Assembly (NCBI RefSeq): GCF_009914755.1 | Contig: NC_060930.1 | Origin: the human T2T-CHM13v2.0 reference genome, Homo sapiens | DNA length: 64,000 bases | Direction: 5' to 3' (one strand) | In this document: piece by piece, positions 1-15,497 of the stretch | Layout of the letters: every line of letters begins with the position of its first letter | Numbering within the stretch: position 1 is the first letter of the stretch | The notes under the pieces: generated by a model | Told to the model about the DNA's origin: nothing | Databases searched by the model: none | What the model saw: only the letters and a program-made list of their open reading frames with translations | Program-made: the position numbers and the translations under genes

Positions 1-2743
<2,743 letters not shown>

Positions 2744-2857
2744 GAGAGAGAGAGAGAAGATGCAAATCAATCACCAAGCAAAACAGGAGGGAAGGAATAT
2801 TTTCCCCTAGTAAAAGTAAACTTTCAAACCTAGCTGAAATAAACTTATGGTTAAATA

Positions 2858-2902
<45 letters not shown>
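2744..2902 (+). other. Candidate L1 3' transduction: about 118 bp of non-L1 DNA with AATAAA (2838-2843) and a 41-nt poly(A) (2862-2902)
   Basis: Follows the L1 tail directly; the poly(A) starts 18 nt after AATAAA. Confidence 0.75.
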
Positions 2903-2905
<3 letters not shown>

Positions 2906-2969
2906 CGCACCAAGTGTCTGTGGTCTAATAGTGTAAGACATTATTGATAGTTGCAAGAATTGCATTACG

Positions 2970-3190
2970 AAAAGGATAACTAACACAGAGCCCCTTCTAA
3001 CTGGCACACACCCTTCTGAACACTCTCTATGGATTAACTCTAATGAGCACTCTGAGGTAGGTAATATTATAATTTCTTTTTTCCTGATGAGGAGATTAAA
3101 CAGCAAGGTAAAAAAGTCTCTAAAGGTAGAAGCTGGACTCAACCCCAGCAGACTCCCCCAGAGTCTGGGATCTTCACACCCTATTGCCTT
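2970..3190 (-). mobile_element. MIR SINE
   Basis: Degenerate reverse MIR core: tgaggtaggtaatattataa...gatgaggagatt...ggactcaaccccagcagactc. Confidence 0.6.
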
Positions 3191-3569
3191 AGTATCATGA
3201 TTTGGCTCAACTTCTTGCTCTAAAGGAATTGGTGCTAGCTTTCATTAAAAGTCAAGAGTACCACCCATCTGTGGCTACTTCGAATGTGACTGGGGGGAAA
3301 GTGAATCAGCCAGATAAGAAGCTGCTCTCTCGTCTCCTTAAAGCATCAGAGTAGGATGTGACCAACAATCAGAGCGGGGTGTGACATCTCCAGTGGAAGT
3401 GGGAAAAGACAATTGTTTAGGAGCACTTACCACACTTACCACCTCCTGACCAGGGTATCTTGTAGGGATTCAGTATGTATTTTTTTGTATCTGACATTTG
3501 ACATAAAAGGTTTTATCACCAATTCTACCACTTGTCCTAATTCCTTGTTTTGAAAATAAATGCTGCTGC

Positions 3570-5590
3570 ATTTTGTTTGTTTTAATAGTTTTGGTATGGT
3601 GACACATTTATATTGTTCAAAAACTAAAACAATTGAAAAATACAGAGATATATTCAGCAAAATGTCTTGATCCTACCTCTTATCCCCACTTACCAGTTCA
3701 CAGCCCACATTGCCTGACCCCAGGAAAGTCCTTCTAATTATGTATCCTTCACTTACTAATACTATGCAAGCAAATGTGAATATGTATTATTTCTCCCCAT
3801 TTTTTGACCAAAGTTATCATATTATATACACTGTTCTCTCTCCTTTTTGAAAAATTAATAGTTTACTTGGAATCTATCCAGACTAGCACAGGATTTTTTT
3901 AAAGTGTCACTTCATAGTGTTCCATTGTTTGAATGATCCTAATTTTTCTAATCTTTATTAAACTCTTAATGGACATTTGAGTTGCTTCCAGTATTTCGCT
4001 GTTACAAATTCTGACATGCGGGATAACCTTGAATATATTTCATTTAACACATGTGCAGGTATAGCTGCAGGATTAATTCCCAAATTGGAAATGGGTCAAA
4101 AGTTATACAAATTCATAATTTTGATAGGTAATATCAAATTGACTTACAGGTTTTCCCAAGCTTTTTCACATCATAAAACTCATAGGAAATGCAACCATCA
4201 AATAACCCATGGGATAAACTTGAAAAGATTTAGAGCTGTATAAAAGATGACTTATGGCCAAAGGCAAGAAGCGTAGGAGCTGTAAATTGATCGGGATCCA
4301 TCTAGCTGCCAGAGGGCTGAGGTGATCAATATCTCCCAGGACAGTGGTGGGAAAGCTCCCTGGCAATGCATGCTTCTATCAGCACTGTAGGACAATGCCT
4401 ATGTCCCTCAGCATCACCAAAGGGGCCTTCTAAACTGTGGTATCTGAATTAACCTGATAGATGAAGAATGGTATATCTATGTGGTTTTACTGTATTAAAA
4501 GTGAACCTCATCTTTTTTTATATGTTTGAGCTGTCCATTCAATCTATTTCTTTTTTTTTTTCTATACAATTATCTTTTACTGTTAATTTGGGGAAGCTAT
4601 TTATATATTAGGAAAAAGTATTCCTGTGTCTGTGGTAGAAATTGCAATTATTCCCTGCCCCATGTATATTCGTCTCTTTATTCATTATGTTATTGTTGTG
4701 TTGGTTTTTCTTTTTCATTTTTGCTTGAAGAAGTTTCTTTTCTGTTTTCTTATGTCATCTTTTATCATTTAGGTTTTGAGTTGTTGGTTAAAAGGGAATC
4801 CCCCACTTCAGATTTATGTATGGATTTTCCTATTTTTCCTACTATTTTAAAAACTTTTCTTAATTTTAATAAAGAAATGTGTTTATTTGGAATTATTCCT
4901 GATGTTTAGTGTGAGGTGTAGATTCCACCATTTTTTTTTCCCCAGATGTGTAATACCAACATCATTTACTAAAAAGCCCATCTTTGTTTTCACATTTGGG
5001 AAGTGTTTTAATTTTTCTTCACGTTGGTTTCTACACTTTTATTACGTGTATTTCTAGAGGTATTGTTTTGCTGTTTTAAATATTTTCCCATTATATATTC
5101 TAACTCCTTGCTATTTGTACATAATAATCTATTACTTTATATTTAGTAACATTTTTACACTATAACTTTCCTGAATTCTCTCACTCTTTGTAGTGTTTAA
5201 GTTGATTATCTTGGGTTTTCAAATATACTATTCATGTCATCTCAACACAGTTACTGTTTACAGTGTTTACGCTTCTAATTTTCCTTCATTGTCTAATCAT
5301 ATTGACTAGTAATTCCAGTACTTTGTGGGATAGTAGAGGTGGTAGTCAACATCTTGATTTTGATTTCAGTAGTATGTCTCAACTGAGCATGATATTGACT
5401 TTTTGGATTGAGGTAAATATGTTTCCTATGCTTAAAAAGTGTGTATACATCCTTACTGACTGAATATTTTTGTGAAGAATGGCTGTTATGTTTTGTCAAA
5501 TGTCTCTTTGACATATATGAAAATGATCACAATGTTTCTTCAACATTATAAGCTATGTATTAACACATTTCTGAATAACAAACCATCCTT
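3570..5590 (-). mobile_element. Old L1M (L1ME-like) fragments, antisense
   Basis: T-rich degenerate L1 3'/ORF2 antisense motifs (ggacatttgagttgcttccagtatttcgctgttacaaa; gtgaggtgtagattcc; gggatagtagaggtggtagtcaacatcttg). Boundaries are approximate and other repeats may be interspersed. Confidence 0.55.
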
Positions 5591-5604
5591 GTACTTAAAG
5601 AAAC

Positions 5605-6510
5605 ACTGTATTGAGGTATGAATACATACAAAAAGCTGTACATATTTCACATGTACAACTTGATGACTTTGGAGTTAAGAATACACCAGTGAAACCATCA
5701 CTACATCAATTATCATATCTCTCTCTTCCAAAAAGGCTTCTCCCACCATCTTTGTTTACCTATATTTGTGATAAGAACACTTAACATAAGATCTACCCTT
5801 TTGGCAAAATTTTCAGTATACAATACCATACTGTTAATTATGGACATGATGCTGCACAGTAGATCAGTAGAAATTATTCATCTTGCATAGCTAGAACTTT
5901 GTACCTTTTGAAAAGTATCTCCTTGTTTCCCCTTCCCCTCAGACCCTGGCAACCATCATTTTACTGTCTGCTTCTATGAGTTTGACTATTGTAGATTTCT
6001 CATATAAATAGGATCATGTAGTATTTGTCCTTCTGTGTCTGGCTTATTTCACCTAGCATAATGCCCTCCAGGTTCATTCATGTTGTTGCAGATGGCAGGA
6101 TTTCCTTCTTCTTAAAGGCTGAATAATACCTCATTGTCTGTGTATACCACATTTTCTTTATCCATTTATCTGTTCGTGTACATTTAGGTTGTTTCCACAT
6201 CTTGACTGTTGTGCATAATGATGCGATCAACGAGCATGTGAATGCAGATATTTCTTAAAGATTCTAATTTTATTTTCTTTGAGTAAATACCCAGAAGTGG
6301 AATTGCTGGATCATATGGTAGTTATACTTTTCATTTGAGAATGCTGCATCCTGTTTTTCTTAATGGCTGTACCAATTTACATTCCCACCAACACTGTGCA
6401 AAGACTCCTTTTTCTCCACATAGTCGCTAACACATGTTATCTTTTGGTTTCTTTGATAATAGGCATCCTAATAGATGTAACATGATATTGATTTGCATTT
6501 TCCTGATGGT
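5605..6510 (-). mobile_element. L1MA/MB-type 3' end, antisense
   Basis: Typical antisense L1 3' UTR (atttgtccttctgtgtctggcttatttcacctagcataatgccctccaggttc; acccagaagtggaattgctggatcatatggtag). Confidence 0.8.
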
Positions 6511-7134
6511 TGTACTTCTAAAATCTTCTTTCAAAATAATGATTCTTTTTACATACTTTTGAATTTCATTTGCTAAAAATTTTAGAATGTTTTTGTTATT
6601 ATTGATAACAGATTAATCTATATAGTTTTTTTTGTGTGCACATCTTTATCAGGTTTCATTACCAATTTTATACCCCCTTTCCAAAATGAATTGAGATTTT
6701 CTTTTGTCTAGTCTTTTCCAGAACAATTTAAATAGCATTGGTATTATTTGCTTTTAAAATATTTGAATTCCTTTATGAAACTGTCCAAATCTGCCACTTT
6801 GCTGGGAATAACCTTTGCATAATTTTGTCTATTGCCTTTATTGAAGTAGTTCTGTTTAGATTTTCTGTCATTTGTGTTGTCATTTTGTGTAAATCATATT
6901 TTTTTCATCCAAGCTTTTCAATTTAGAATTCTTATGAATCTTTAATTTCTTCTATTCCTATGTGGTCATTTCCTTTTTACTATCTGGTTGTGTGTTTCAT
7001 TGCTTGTTTGTTTTTAATTGCAGTTTTTTTCTTTTTCTTGATTAAGTTAGATAATATTTTACTATTTTTTTCAAAGAAACATCTTTTGTTTTTATATACC
7101 AAATCCATCATTTTTCTAATTACTAGAATTAGAA

Positions 7135-7398
7135 AATACAGGCCATAGGGTCTCTGTCACAACTGTGCCATTATAACATGAAAGTAGCTGTAGATCATTT
7201 GCAGATGAGCGAGTATGACTGCATTCCAGAAAAACTTTATTGTAGATTCTGCATCCTAAATTTTATACAATTTTCACGTGTTGAACTATTATCCTCTGAT
7301 TTTTTTCAACAATTAAAAAATGCGAAAACCATATTTTGTAGGTCATATGAAAACAGGCATTGAATGAGATTTGGCATAAGCTGTGGTTTGCTGGTCTC
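7135..7398 (-). mobile_element. MER58B-like hAT/Charlie DNA transposon
   Basis: ggccatagggtctctgtcacaact...ttccagaaaaactttatt...ttttcacgtg...gtggtttgctggtctc resembles reverse MER58B. Confidence 0.7.
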
Positions 7399-8555
7399 TA
7401 TTTCATCTGCTGTATCTTTAGACATTCATTTCTTTATATGGTATCTATTGGTTCCTTAATGTGAATAGTAAAAACTTTCCTGTATTTTCTTCCTGTACCC
7501 TTCTTTCTTCAATGTTATTCTGTCAACATTTTCTTTCTTTTACTTCATACTGTTAAATAAGAATGTACTTCCATTGTGTGAGTTATGAACATTTATTGAC
7601 AAGCTTTGACCCTACGTGATCATAGATAATGCAACTTATAAATGTATCCACCTTCTTTTCAATATTTTTCTTCAACTTTTTTGGTGTATAATATTTATAT
7701 AGTCAGAATATACAACAATTTATTTGCCACATTCTACTCTCCAGAGTCTATGCCAACTCCCCAGAACCAAGCCAGCTCCCAGAGGCATTCTGGACCCAGG
7801 GTTCTTGGCACAAAATTTCCAAAAGACAGAGGGTCCCTTTGAGCCATGTCCTGGAACCTGAAACCAAGCCAAAATAGCTTTGAGAGAGAGAGCGTGCGTG
7901 GCAAAGCAGCTTCAGAACATTTTGTGTCATATATTTGCTGCTAGCCTCTTTGCTTTATAATCTTTTAAACTTTATTTTTTCTTCCTGAATGTTTTAGTCT
8001 GTTATTGTTAGTCATTTCAAAGAGGCTCCTATTAAAGCTTTTGTGAGGCTAGACTCTCATTCCTCTCCATGGCTTCCCGCTCAGCACTCTGCCTCTGCTC
8101 TCTCTAGCTCTGTTTACTTATAAGCTTGCTTTTGGCAGTCAGTTAAGTTTATTTTACATTTTACTGAAGTGTGAGGGGAAATACTGATAGAAAAACTAAA
8201 CAAAATTCCTCACAAAATGGTATCACCCGAATGAGCAAAGTACCTGAAAGAGTCAAACATCCGGGTGCCCAGAACTTAAAGCCTGATTTTTCTTCCCTAT
8301 AAGGCACCCTTAGCCTTTCTTCCTGCTCTGGCAGGTGATAAGATCATCTGAAAATTAATCAGTAGTGGAGAGGGGCCTGTATTCATTGTCAACCCACATT
8401 GCAAGTCTGGGTCTCTGCTTCCCCATGTTTCTTGTCTGTATTGCCATAAGCTTATCAGAATAGGGTGTACAAACTCCTTTGTTGCTGCTTTAAAGAAATG
8501 GAAATGCTAGATCTTCTATTAAGTTAAAGGGAAATTTTTCCTACTCCTGACCCAG

Positions 8556-8627
8556 CTATCAATGATTATTGTAAAATAACATCAAAGAATTTATCCCTTA
8601 ATATAGTCATGTGTCTCACCATAAGAT
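8556..8627 (+). pseudogene. Candidate exon A of a decayed multi-exon gene (72 bp, phase 1-1): xINDYCKITSKNLSLNIVMCLTIR
   Basis: Acceptor tttttcctactcctgacccag, donor GTATGT at 8628, open frame, phase compatible with the exon at 8823. Confidence 0.55.
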
Positions 8628-8822
8628 GTATGTTTTCAAAGAAAAATTACAGTAGCCATATATAAAACTAAAGGTACATAAAATGATAGTGAACACATAA
8701 GTTTACATGATTTTTCATGGCAATTCTAGTAGAGTTGACATTAAGCAGACAAGAATGTGGAGATATATATGATTATATAAAGAGATACACACACATATGT
8801 CTTTCTTTAAATATTTCAATAG

Positions 8823-9124
8823 CTGATATACATTCTTATAATCTTTTTGGAGTAATGTGGCAATTTAACACAAAGGAAAAATATAATTTATAAGAGCAAA
8901 TACAGTCATCTGAAAAGATTATTCCCAAAGGATATAAAAAGGGGCTGAATGTTATCTGTGAAACAGAGGAGGAAGAACAAGAACTTAGAAATATTGGTGA
9001 AAATAAAAATACAGACAGACTAAGGGACCCTACATAAGAAATTGGAATAACCCATGACAAAGATGTTGTACAAAGTAGACGCCAGCTCTGTTTCCAGCTT
9101 TCTACATCCCCGAGTACAACTTAA
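8823..9124 (+). pseudogene. Candidate exon B: SDIHSYNLFGVMWQFNTKEKYNL*EQIQSSEKIIPKGYKKGLNVICETEEEEQELRNIG...; 3' boundary uncertain
   Basis: Acceptor tctttctttaaatatttcaatag. About 100 codons with two internal TAA (8891, 9035) in very AT-rich DNA. Confidence 0.45.
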
Positions 9125-9289
9125 TGTCTTCATGTGAATTTTAGTGTGTCTTTTTTTTACAATAAAATTATCATGGGTTATCGATAACACATTATGTTAC
9201 TGGCCTGGGCCTTCCACATTCAGGGGTATTTCAGATGTCCACTGAGATATAGATACCACTGCTGAAATTCATTTCCCTGAGAAATGCAA

Positions 9290-9665
9290 TAGTATTAGTC
9301 AAAGTAGCTATATAATGGTGAAGTAACAAACATTCCTAAAATATTAGTGTCTTATAACAACAAAAGTATGCTCTGGCTACCTGTCCATTTTGAATTTACT
9401 GTGGAATCTATTCCACATCTCTTTACTCCAGGTCCCAAGCTGGGAGCCCTGTCTGTAACAGGAGTATAGCTAGATCCTCTGATGGCAGAAAGTAGGAAGT
9501 GTACAGAATCTCAAACTGTCTCCTAGCACTTGTACTCAAATTTCACTTTCCAAAAACAACTTAAAATAACACGCCCAACATCAAGGAGATAGGGAAATGC
9601 AATCTTAGCAAGTAACTGGAATGAGGAAAGCTACATTATCATTGAGCAGCCCTAGTGCCTACCTG
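9290..9665. mobile_element. Old MLT1-type (MaLR) LTR
   Basis: tattagtcaaagtagcta...gtaacaaacattcctaaaatattagtgtcttataacaacaaaagt resembles an MLT1 terminus. Confidence 0.5.
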
Positions 9666-9799
9666 AAATGAACACTTTGATCATATTTCCATTGTATTTT
9701 TATGTTACTAATAAGAACAAAGAAATTTAAACTATTAAATGTTATAGTTCATTAAATTTTAACTATTTAATTTGATCTCCCAAAGTTAAAAATAAAACC

Positions 9800-12700
9800 T
9801 TCTAGGATATATTTTAAATGAAATGTGGTAACTTCCAACAAGAAGATAGAAAACATAGGCTGAAAAGATTTGGAGTAGTAAGAGAAATTTTGTTAAGACA
9901 CTTCTCCCCTATTTTCCCTATAGAACAAAAGCCTTAATCTGCAGAGGGAAGGGGGAAGGGCAACAAGTACCATTGCCTATTGCAAATAGGAGAAGAGAAT
10001 GGGAAAATAATCTCTATCCCTCAGGAAGGGGCAGGAATACAGGCTGAGCTCAGGACTACATGGTCAGTGGTGAAACCCAGAAACACAAGATGTAGGTACT
10101 TGATGATGACCTAAGAGTGAAGCTTAGTCAAAACAGAGAATGCCCCAATCTTCCATGACAGGCTAACCAGCATGTAGAAAGAAGTAACTTTCAAGAAATA
10201 GACCCTCTCTATACGTGGCATTAAGGAAAGACTAAAAGCTGATATTTGAGTAGATACTGAAAATAAAGAGGGTAAAAACCTTCAGGCAAAATAGTCCCCA
10301 CTCTAACACAAAGCATCACTAGAAGAATATGTGGTGCACTGAGGATAACCATTGTAAAAACAAACCTAAAACACAGCTCAACTTCTAATTAGATTAACCC
10401 TAACCTCTCCACAATAAAATCCTCGCAAAAGAAAACTATGCTCATTTCCAAGAAAAAATGCTGTGTACCTCAGCCTTTACTACAGTACACAAAATTTCAA
10501 GTCTTCAGTAAAAAGTACAAAGCATAAGAAAAATAAAGAAAAAAGTCCAGCACATTCCTAAGAAACAAAGCAATCCTTAAAAGCAGACTCAGATATGACA
10601 TAGAGATTGGAACTATCTGCCAAGGAGTGTCAATTAAATATGATTCAGATATTAAAAGGTCTAATTGAAAAGGTAAATAACATGCAATATCAATTGGGTA
10701 ATTTCAGCAGAGAGGAACAAACTGTAAGAAAGTATTAATTAGAAGTGCTAGAAATGAAAAATAGAGTAATGGAGTAAAGAACACCCTTAACAGGTTCATA
10801 GCAGAGTTGACATAGTCAAGGTATATTCATTTGGTAAGGCTGCCACAAAAAAGTAGCACAGACTGAGTAGCTTAAAAAACAGAAATTTATTTTCTCACAA
10901 TTCTGTAGTCAGAAGTCTAATATTAAGGTGTTGGTAGAGTTGGTTTCTTCTGAGGTTTCTTGGGGCCAGGGATCAGGGGCAGACAATTCAACTCATAACA
11001 TAAGAAAGATATAGCAAACTTCAAGATACACTCATAAAAATTACAAAAACTGAAACTAAAAAAGAAACTTCAACAGAAAAGCTCATTCAAGAGCATATGT
11101 AATTTTATATTACGAAAAATATATGTAATTGGAATCTCAGAAGAAAAAAACAGAGCAGAGAAAAAATAATAATGATGAAGAATTTTTTTTTAATTAGACA
11201 GAGATCAAACCTCAGACATAAGAAACTCAGGAAACCCCTAGCAGGAAAAATACCAAACATACAAGCATGCATGTACACCACACCACACCTATGGCTATAA
11301 TATTCAAACTGATTTTTTTTTTAAGGCAAAGAAAATCTTGAAATAAGTCAGAGAAAAAGACATTATCTTGAAAAGAATGAGGATAAGAATTAAAGCAGCT
11401 TTTAGTCAGAAACCATACAAACTAGAAAACAAGGAAGTAAAATATTTAAACGTCTGAAAGAAAAAGAATGCTGTCAGTCAATAATTCCGTGTTTCTAAAA
11501 AATATTTTTAAATTCTTAAGAAAATAAGAACATTTTTCAGGTTAATAAAAATAAACTGATAACTTGACAGAAGACTTGCTCAAGAAATATTGGATGAAGT
11601 TCTTTGGGTAGAGAAATACAACAGAAAGAAACTTGCATCTACACAAAGAGAAGAAGAGTGCTAGAGAAGATCGCATGAAAATGTTTTCTTATTTTTAATT
11701 ACTCTAAAAGACAATTGACTGTTCACACCATAGATAGTAGGAATATGTAGTATGTCCATAGCACATACAAAAGCCCAGTGTATGGCAACAATAGCACAAT
11801 CAATGAAAAGGGCAAATTGGGAACATACTGTTATAAAACTCTTACACTACACATGAAGAGATAATCTTATTTAAATGTAGACATTGATTGATTAAATATG
11901 CATGTTGTAAACTCTAAGGACCACCGCTAAACAGTTCTTAAGAGGTATAAATAATATGTCAATAAAGGAAATAAAATAAATCATTAAAAATGACCAAAAA
12001 GACAGAAGGGGAAGAAAAAACAAAATAGAAGGAACAAATAGAAAATAGTTAGAGAGTTAGTATATTTTAATCCATGCATATCAGTTGACATCACCAGAAG
12101 AAACAAATTGTCAGACTGGATAAAAGATCAAGATCCATGTATATGTTGTCTATAAGAAATTCACATTAAATATAGAACTATACATATGTTAAAATTAAAA
12201 GGATAAAAAAAGATATACCTACAAACATTAACTAAAAAAAAGACTAAGTAGTCATATTAGTAACAGACAAAATAGACTTCAGATTAAGAAGTATTATCAG
12301 AGATAAAGAGAGATATTATATAATGCTAAAGAGTCAGTTCTCCAAGGAGATACAAGAATGTTAATGTTATCCATCTAACAACAGAGTTTCAAAATAGATA
12401 AAGAAACAACATACAGAATGAAAGGAGAAATAAATAAATCCACAATTATGGTTGGAGACTTACATTCCTTTCTCAGTAATGCATAATACAAATAGACAGA
12501 AATCAGTAAGACTATAAAAGACCTAAAAACATTATCAAACATCTTGACCTAACTAGAATTTATAGAAAGTTTTTAGAAATCTAACAAAAAATAGAATAGA
12601 CATAGAACATTCAAAAGATAAACAATACAATTTTTAAGCCTTAACAATATAAAATAGTAGAAATCATATATTCTCAGACCGTAATGGAACTAAACTAGAA

Positions 12701-13490
12701 ATCAATAAAATAAAAATAATAAGAAACTCCCAAATGTTTTGATAAAAAAAACACCTTCAAAATAACCTATGAGTCAAAGAGGAACTCTCAAGTAAAATTT
12801 TAAAATATTTTGAACTCACAAAAAACACCCTAGAAATACAACCTATCAAAAGTTTTATGATGCTGTTATTGCAGTACACATGTGTGGAATTACATTATTC
12901 AATGTTTATATTGAAAAGAAAAAATATTTGGCAGATTAGTAACCTACGTTTCCATGGTAAGAATCTAAAGAAAGGCAAACTTCAAAATAAGCAAAAGAAA
13001 GAAAATACAAATTAAAAAAAATACATGCAGATGTCAATGAATTTAAAACAAAAGAACAATAGAGAAAATAAATAAAACTAAAAGGTGTTTCTTTGGAAAA
13101 AATTAATAAAATATATAAAGCTGTAGCCAGAATGACCAAAAATAAAAAGGAAAATCACAAATTATTAAGAATGAAAAATGAGACATCACTAGAGAACCTA
13201 CAGACATTAAAAGGCTATAAAGGGAATATTTTAAACTACTCAATGCACATAAATTTAACAACTTAAATAAAATCAACAAATACTTGAAAGATACATTATA
13301 AAACTTATTCAAAAAGGAATAATTTGAATAGTTCCATATCTATTAAAGAAATTTATGTTTTTACTTTAAAGCCTTTCAAGAAAAAAACTCTAAGATTAGA
13401 TGGTTTCACTTGAGTGTCCTACCAGATACTTAAGGAAGGAATAGTATAAAGTCTATTTAATGTTGTCTAGATAAAAGAATAGAAAGTAAT
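9800..13490 (+). mobile_element. Old L1M element (5' region, ORF1 and 5' ORF2 remnants)
   Basis: A-rich degenerate ORF1 (cagactcagatatgacatagagattggaactatc) and ORF2 endonuclease motifs (ggttggagactt; ttctcagaccgtaatggaactaaactagaaatcaa). Confidence 0.7.
10821..11000 (-). mobile_element. MLT1A/B-type LTR, internally deleted, nested in L1M
   Basis: Both termini are recognisable (ggctgccacaaaaaagtagcacagactgagtagcttaaaaaacagaaatttatt...gacaattcaactcataaca) but the element is only about 180 bp. Confidence 0.7.
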
Positions 13491-15497
13491 TTTGGAATGC
13501 CAGCATGAAGAGCTCTATAAAGCTTCTTCATAATTATAAATCATAATTGTTGAAAATTATAAGAAGCAACTATTTCAAATTTCTAGAATTTGTCCTAGTG
13601 GATACAGCAAGTTAAGCAGATTTATTCAAGAGAATCTATCAAATCTAACTTTTGGTAAGAAAAGAGAGAGTCTATCAAATTCAATCCATGACCTTCCCCT
13701 TCCCACCACCAACTCAATGTGATGGAAGCCTTCTCTAGGAAGATGCAGTCAAGAAGATGGAGCTCCTTCTCCCAAAAGATACAGTTTAGGACTACAGTTT
13801 TCCCTGGGTGAGGCAAGTCACAAGAATTCCTTATTTATTCCCCAACTTTGTGTTACAGGAGCTGTATTCCAGACAAGTGGAGCTAAGATGTCTGAGGTTC
13901 CTTTTTTTCAGCCAGTTCCCACTTGTAGAGCTATCTCAGGAGCAAAAGACTGAGAATTCTGGACCCCAATTACCCTTGCCTTACAGTATTTAGAGGGTGG
14001 GAGTTTCATGCCAGGACAGTCAAGCTGAGAAAAACAATGGCTATCATACTTGCCCAACATACAATTTGTACAACAGTGGTATCACTCTGAGGAAGAGATC
14101 ACTGTCCTCATGCCCAGGTCTAGAGCAGTGGCACAGTGAGAAAAGCAGCCCAAAAGAGCAGACAGTTCTATAGCTCTCCCAATGAGGCTGACTTTATTTA
14201 GAACACAGTGCAGAAGGTTCAAGCTTCTGAAGGTTCTCAAAATCAATGAATATTTGGCTGATCAGCAATTCAGAGGAGGCTGGTACTCCACGATAACAAT
14301 AAGCAAAATTGTAAATAAGCTAGAATTTTAATTCATAAAAGGAAGGAAAGCTCCAAATAGCCCTCCTGGGATAAGAACAAGTCTCGCTCTCTGCTGGCAA
14401 GATGGCCGAATAGGAACAGCTCCTGTCTGCAGCTCCCAGTGAGACCAACGCAGAAGGTGGGTGATTTCTGCATTTCCAACTGAGACCAGGAGATGCCCTC
14501 ATGTGCCTATACCACCAGGGTCCTGGGTTTCAAGCACAAAACTAGGCGGCTGTTTGGGCAGACACCAAGCTAGCTGCAGGAGTTTTTATTTGTACCCCAG
14601 TGGTGCCTGGAACCTCAGTGACACAGCCCCTGGAAAGGGGACTGAAGCCAGGGAGCCAGGTGGTCTCGCTTAGAGAATCCCACTCCCAGAGAGCCCAGCA
14701 AGCTAAGAACCACTGGCTTGAAATTCTCACTGCCAGCCCAGGAGTCTGAATTCGGCCTGGGATGAACGAGCTTGGTAGGGGGAGGGGCGTCCACCATTAC
14801 TGAGGCTTGAGTAGGCAGTTTTCCCCTTCCAGTGTTAATGAAGATGCTGGGAAGTTCGGACTGTGCAGAGCTCACCACAGCACAGCAAAGTGGCTGTGGC
14901 CAGACTGCCTCTCTAGATTCCTCCTCACTGGGCAGAACATCTCTGAAAGAACGGCAGCAGCCCCATTATAGATAAAACTCCCATCTCCCTGGGACATAGC
15001 ACCTGGTGGAAGAGGTGGCTGTGGGCGCAGCTTTGGTGGACTTAAGCATTCCTACCTGCTGGCTCTGAAGAGAGCAGCAGATCTCCCGGTATAGTGCTTG
15101 AGCTCTGCTAAGGGACAGACTGCCTCTTCAATTGGGTCCCTGACCCATGTGCCTCCTGACTGAGAGACAACTCCCAGCAGGGAATGACAGAAACCTCATA
15201 TAGGAGAGCTCCAGCTGGCATCGGGTGAATACCCCTCTGAAATGAAGCTTCCAGAGGAAGGAGCAGACAGCAATCTTTGCTGTTCTGCAGCCTCCAATGG
15301 TGTACCCAAGAAAACAGGGTCTGGAGTGGACCTCCAGCAAATTCCAGCAGACCTGCAGAAGAGGGGCCTAACTGTTAGAAGGAAAACTAACAAACAGAAA
15401 GCAATAACATCAACATCAACAAAAAGGATGACCACAGAAAAACCCCATCCAAATGCCATCACAGCATCAAAGATCAAAGTTAGTTAAATCCACAAAG

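Noticed and set aside
3424-3444. Two GGTAAGTG donor-like motifs on the minus strand
   Set aside because: Explained by a short tandem duplication; no matching acceptor or exon was found.
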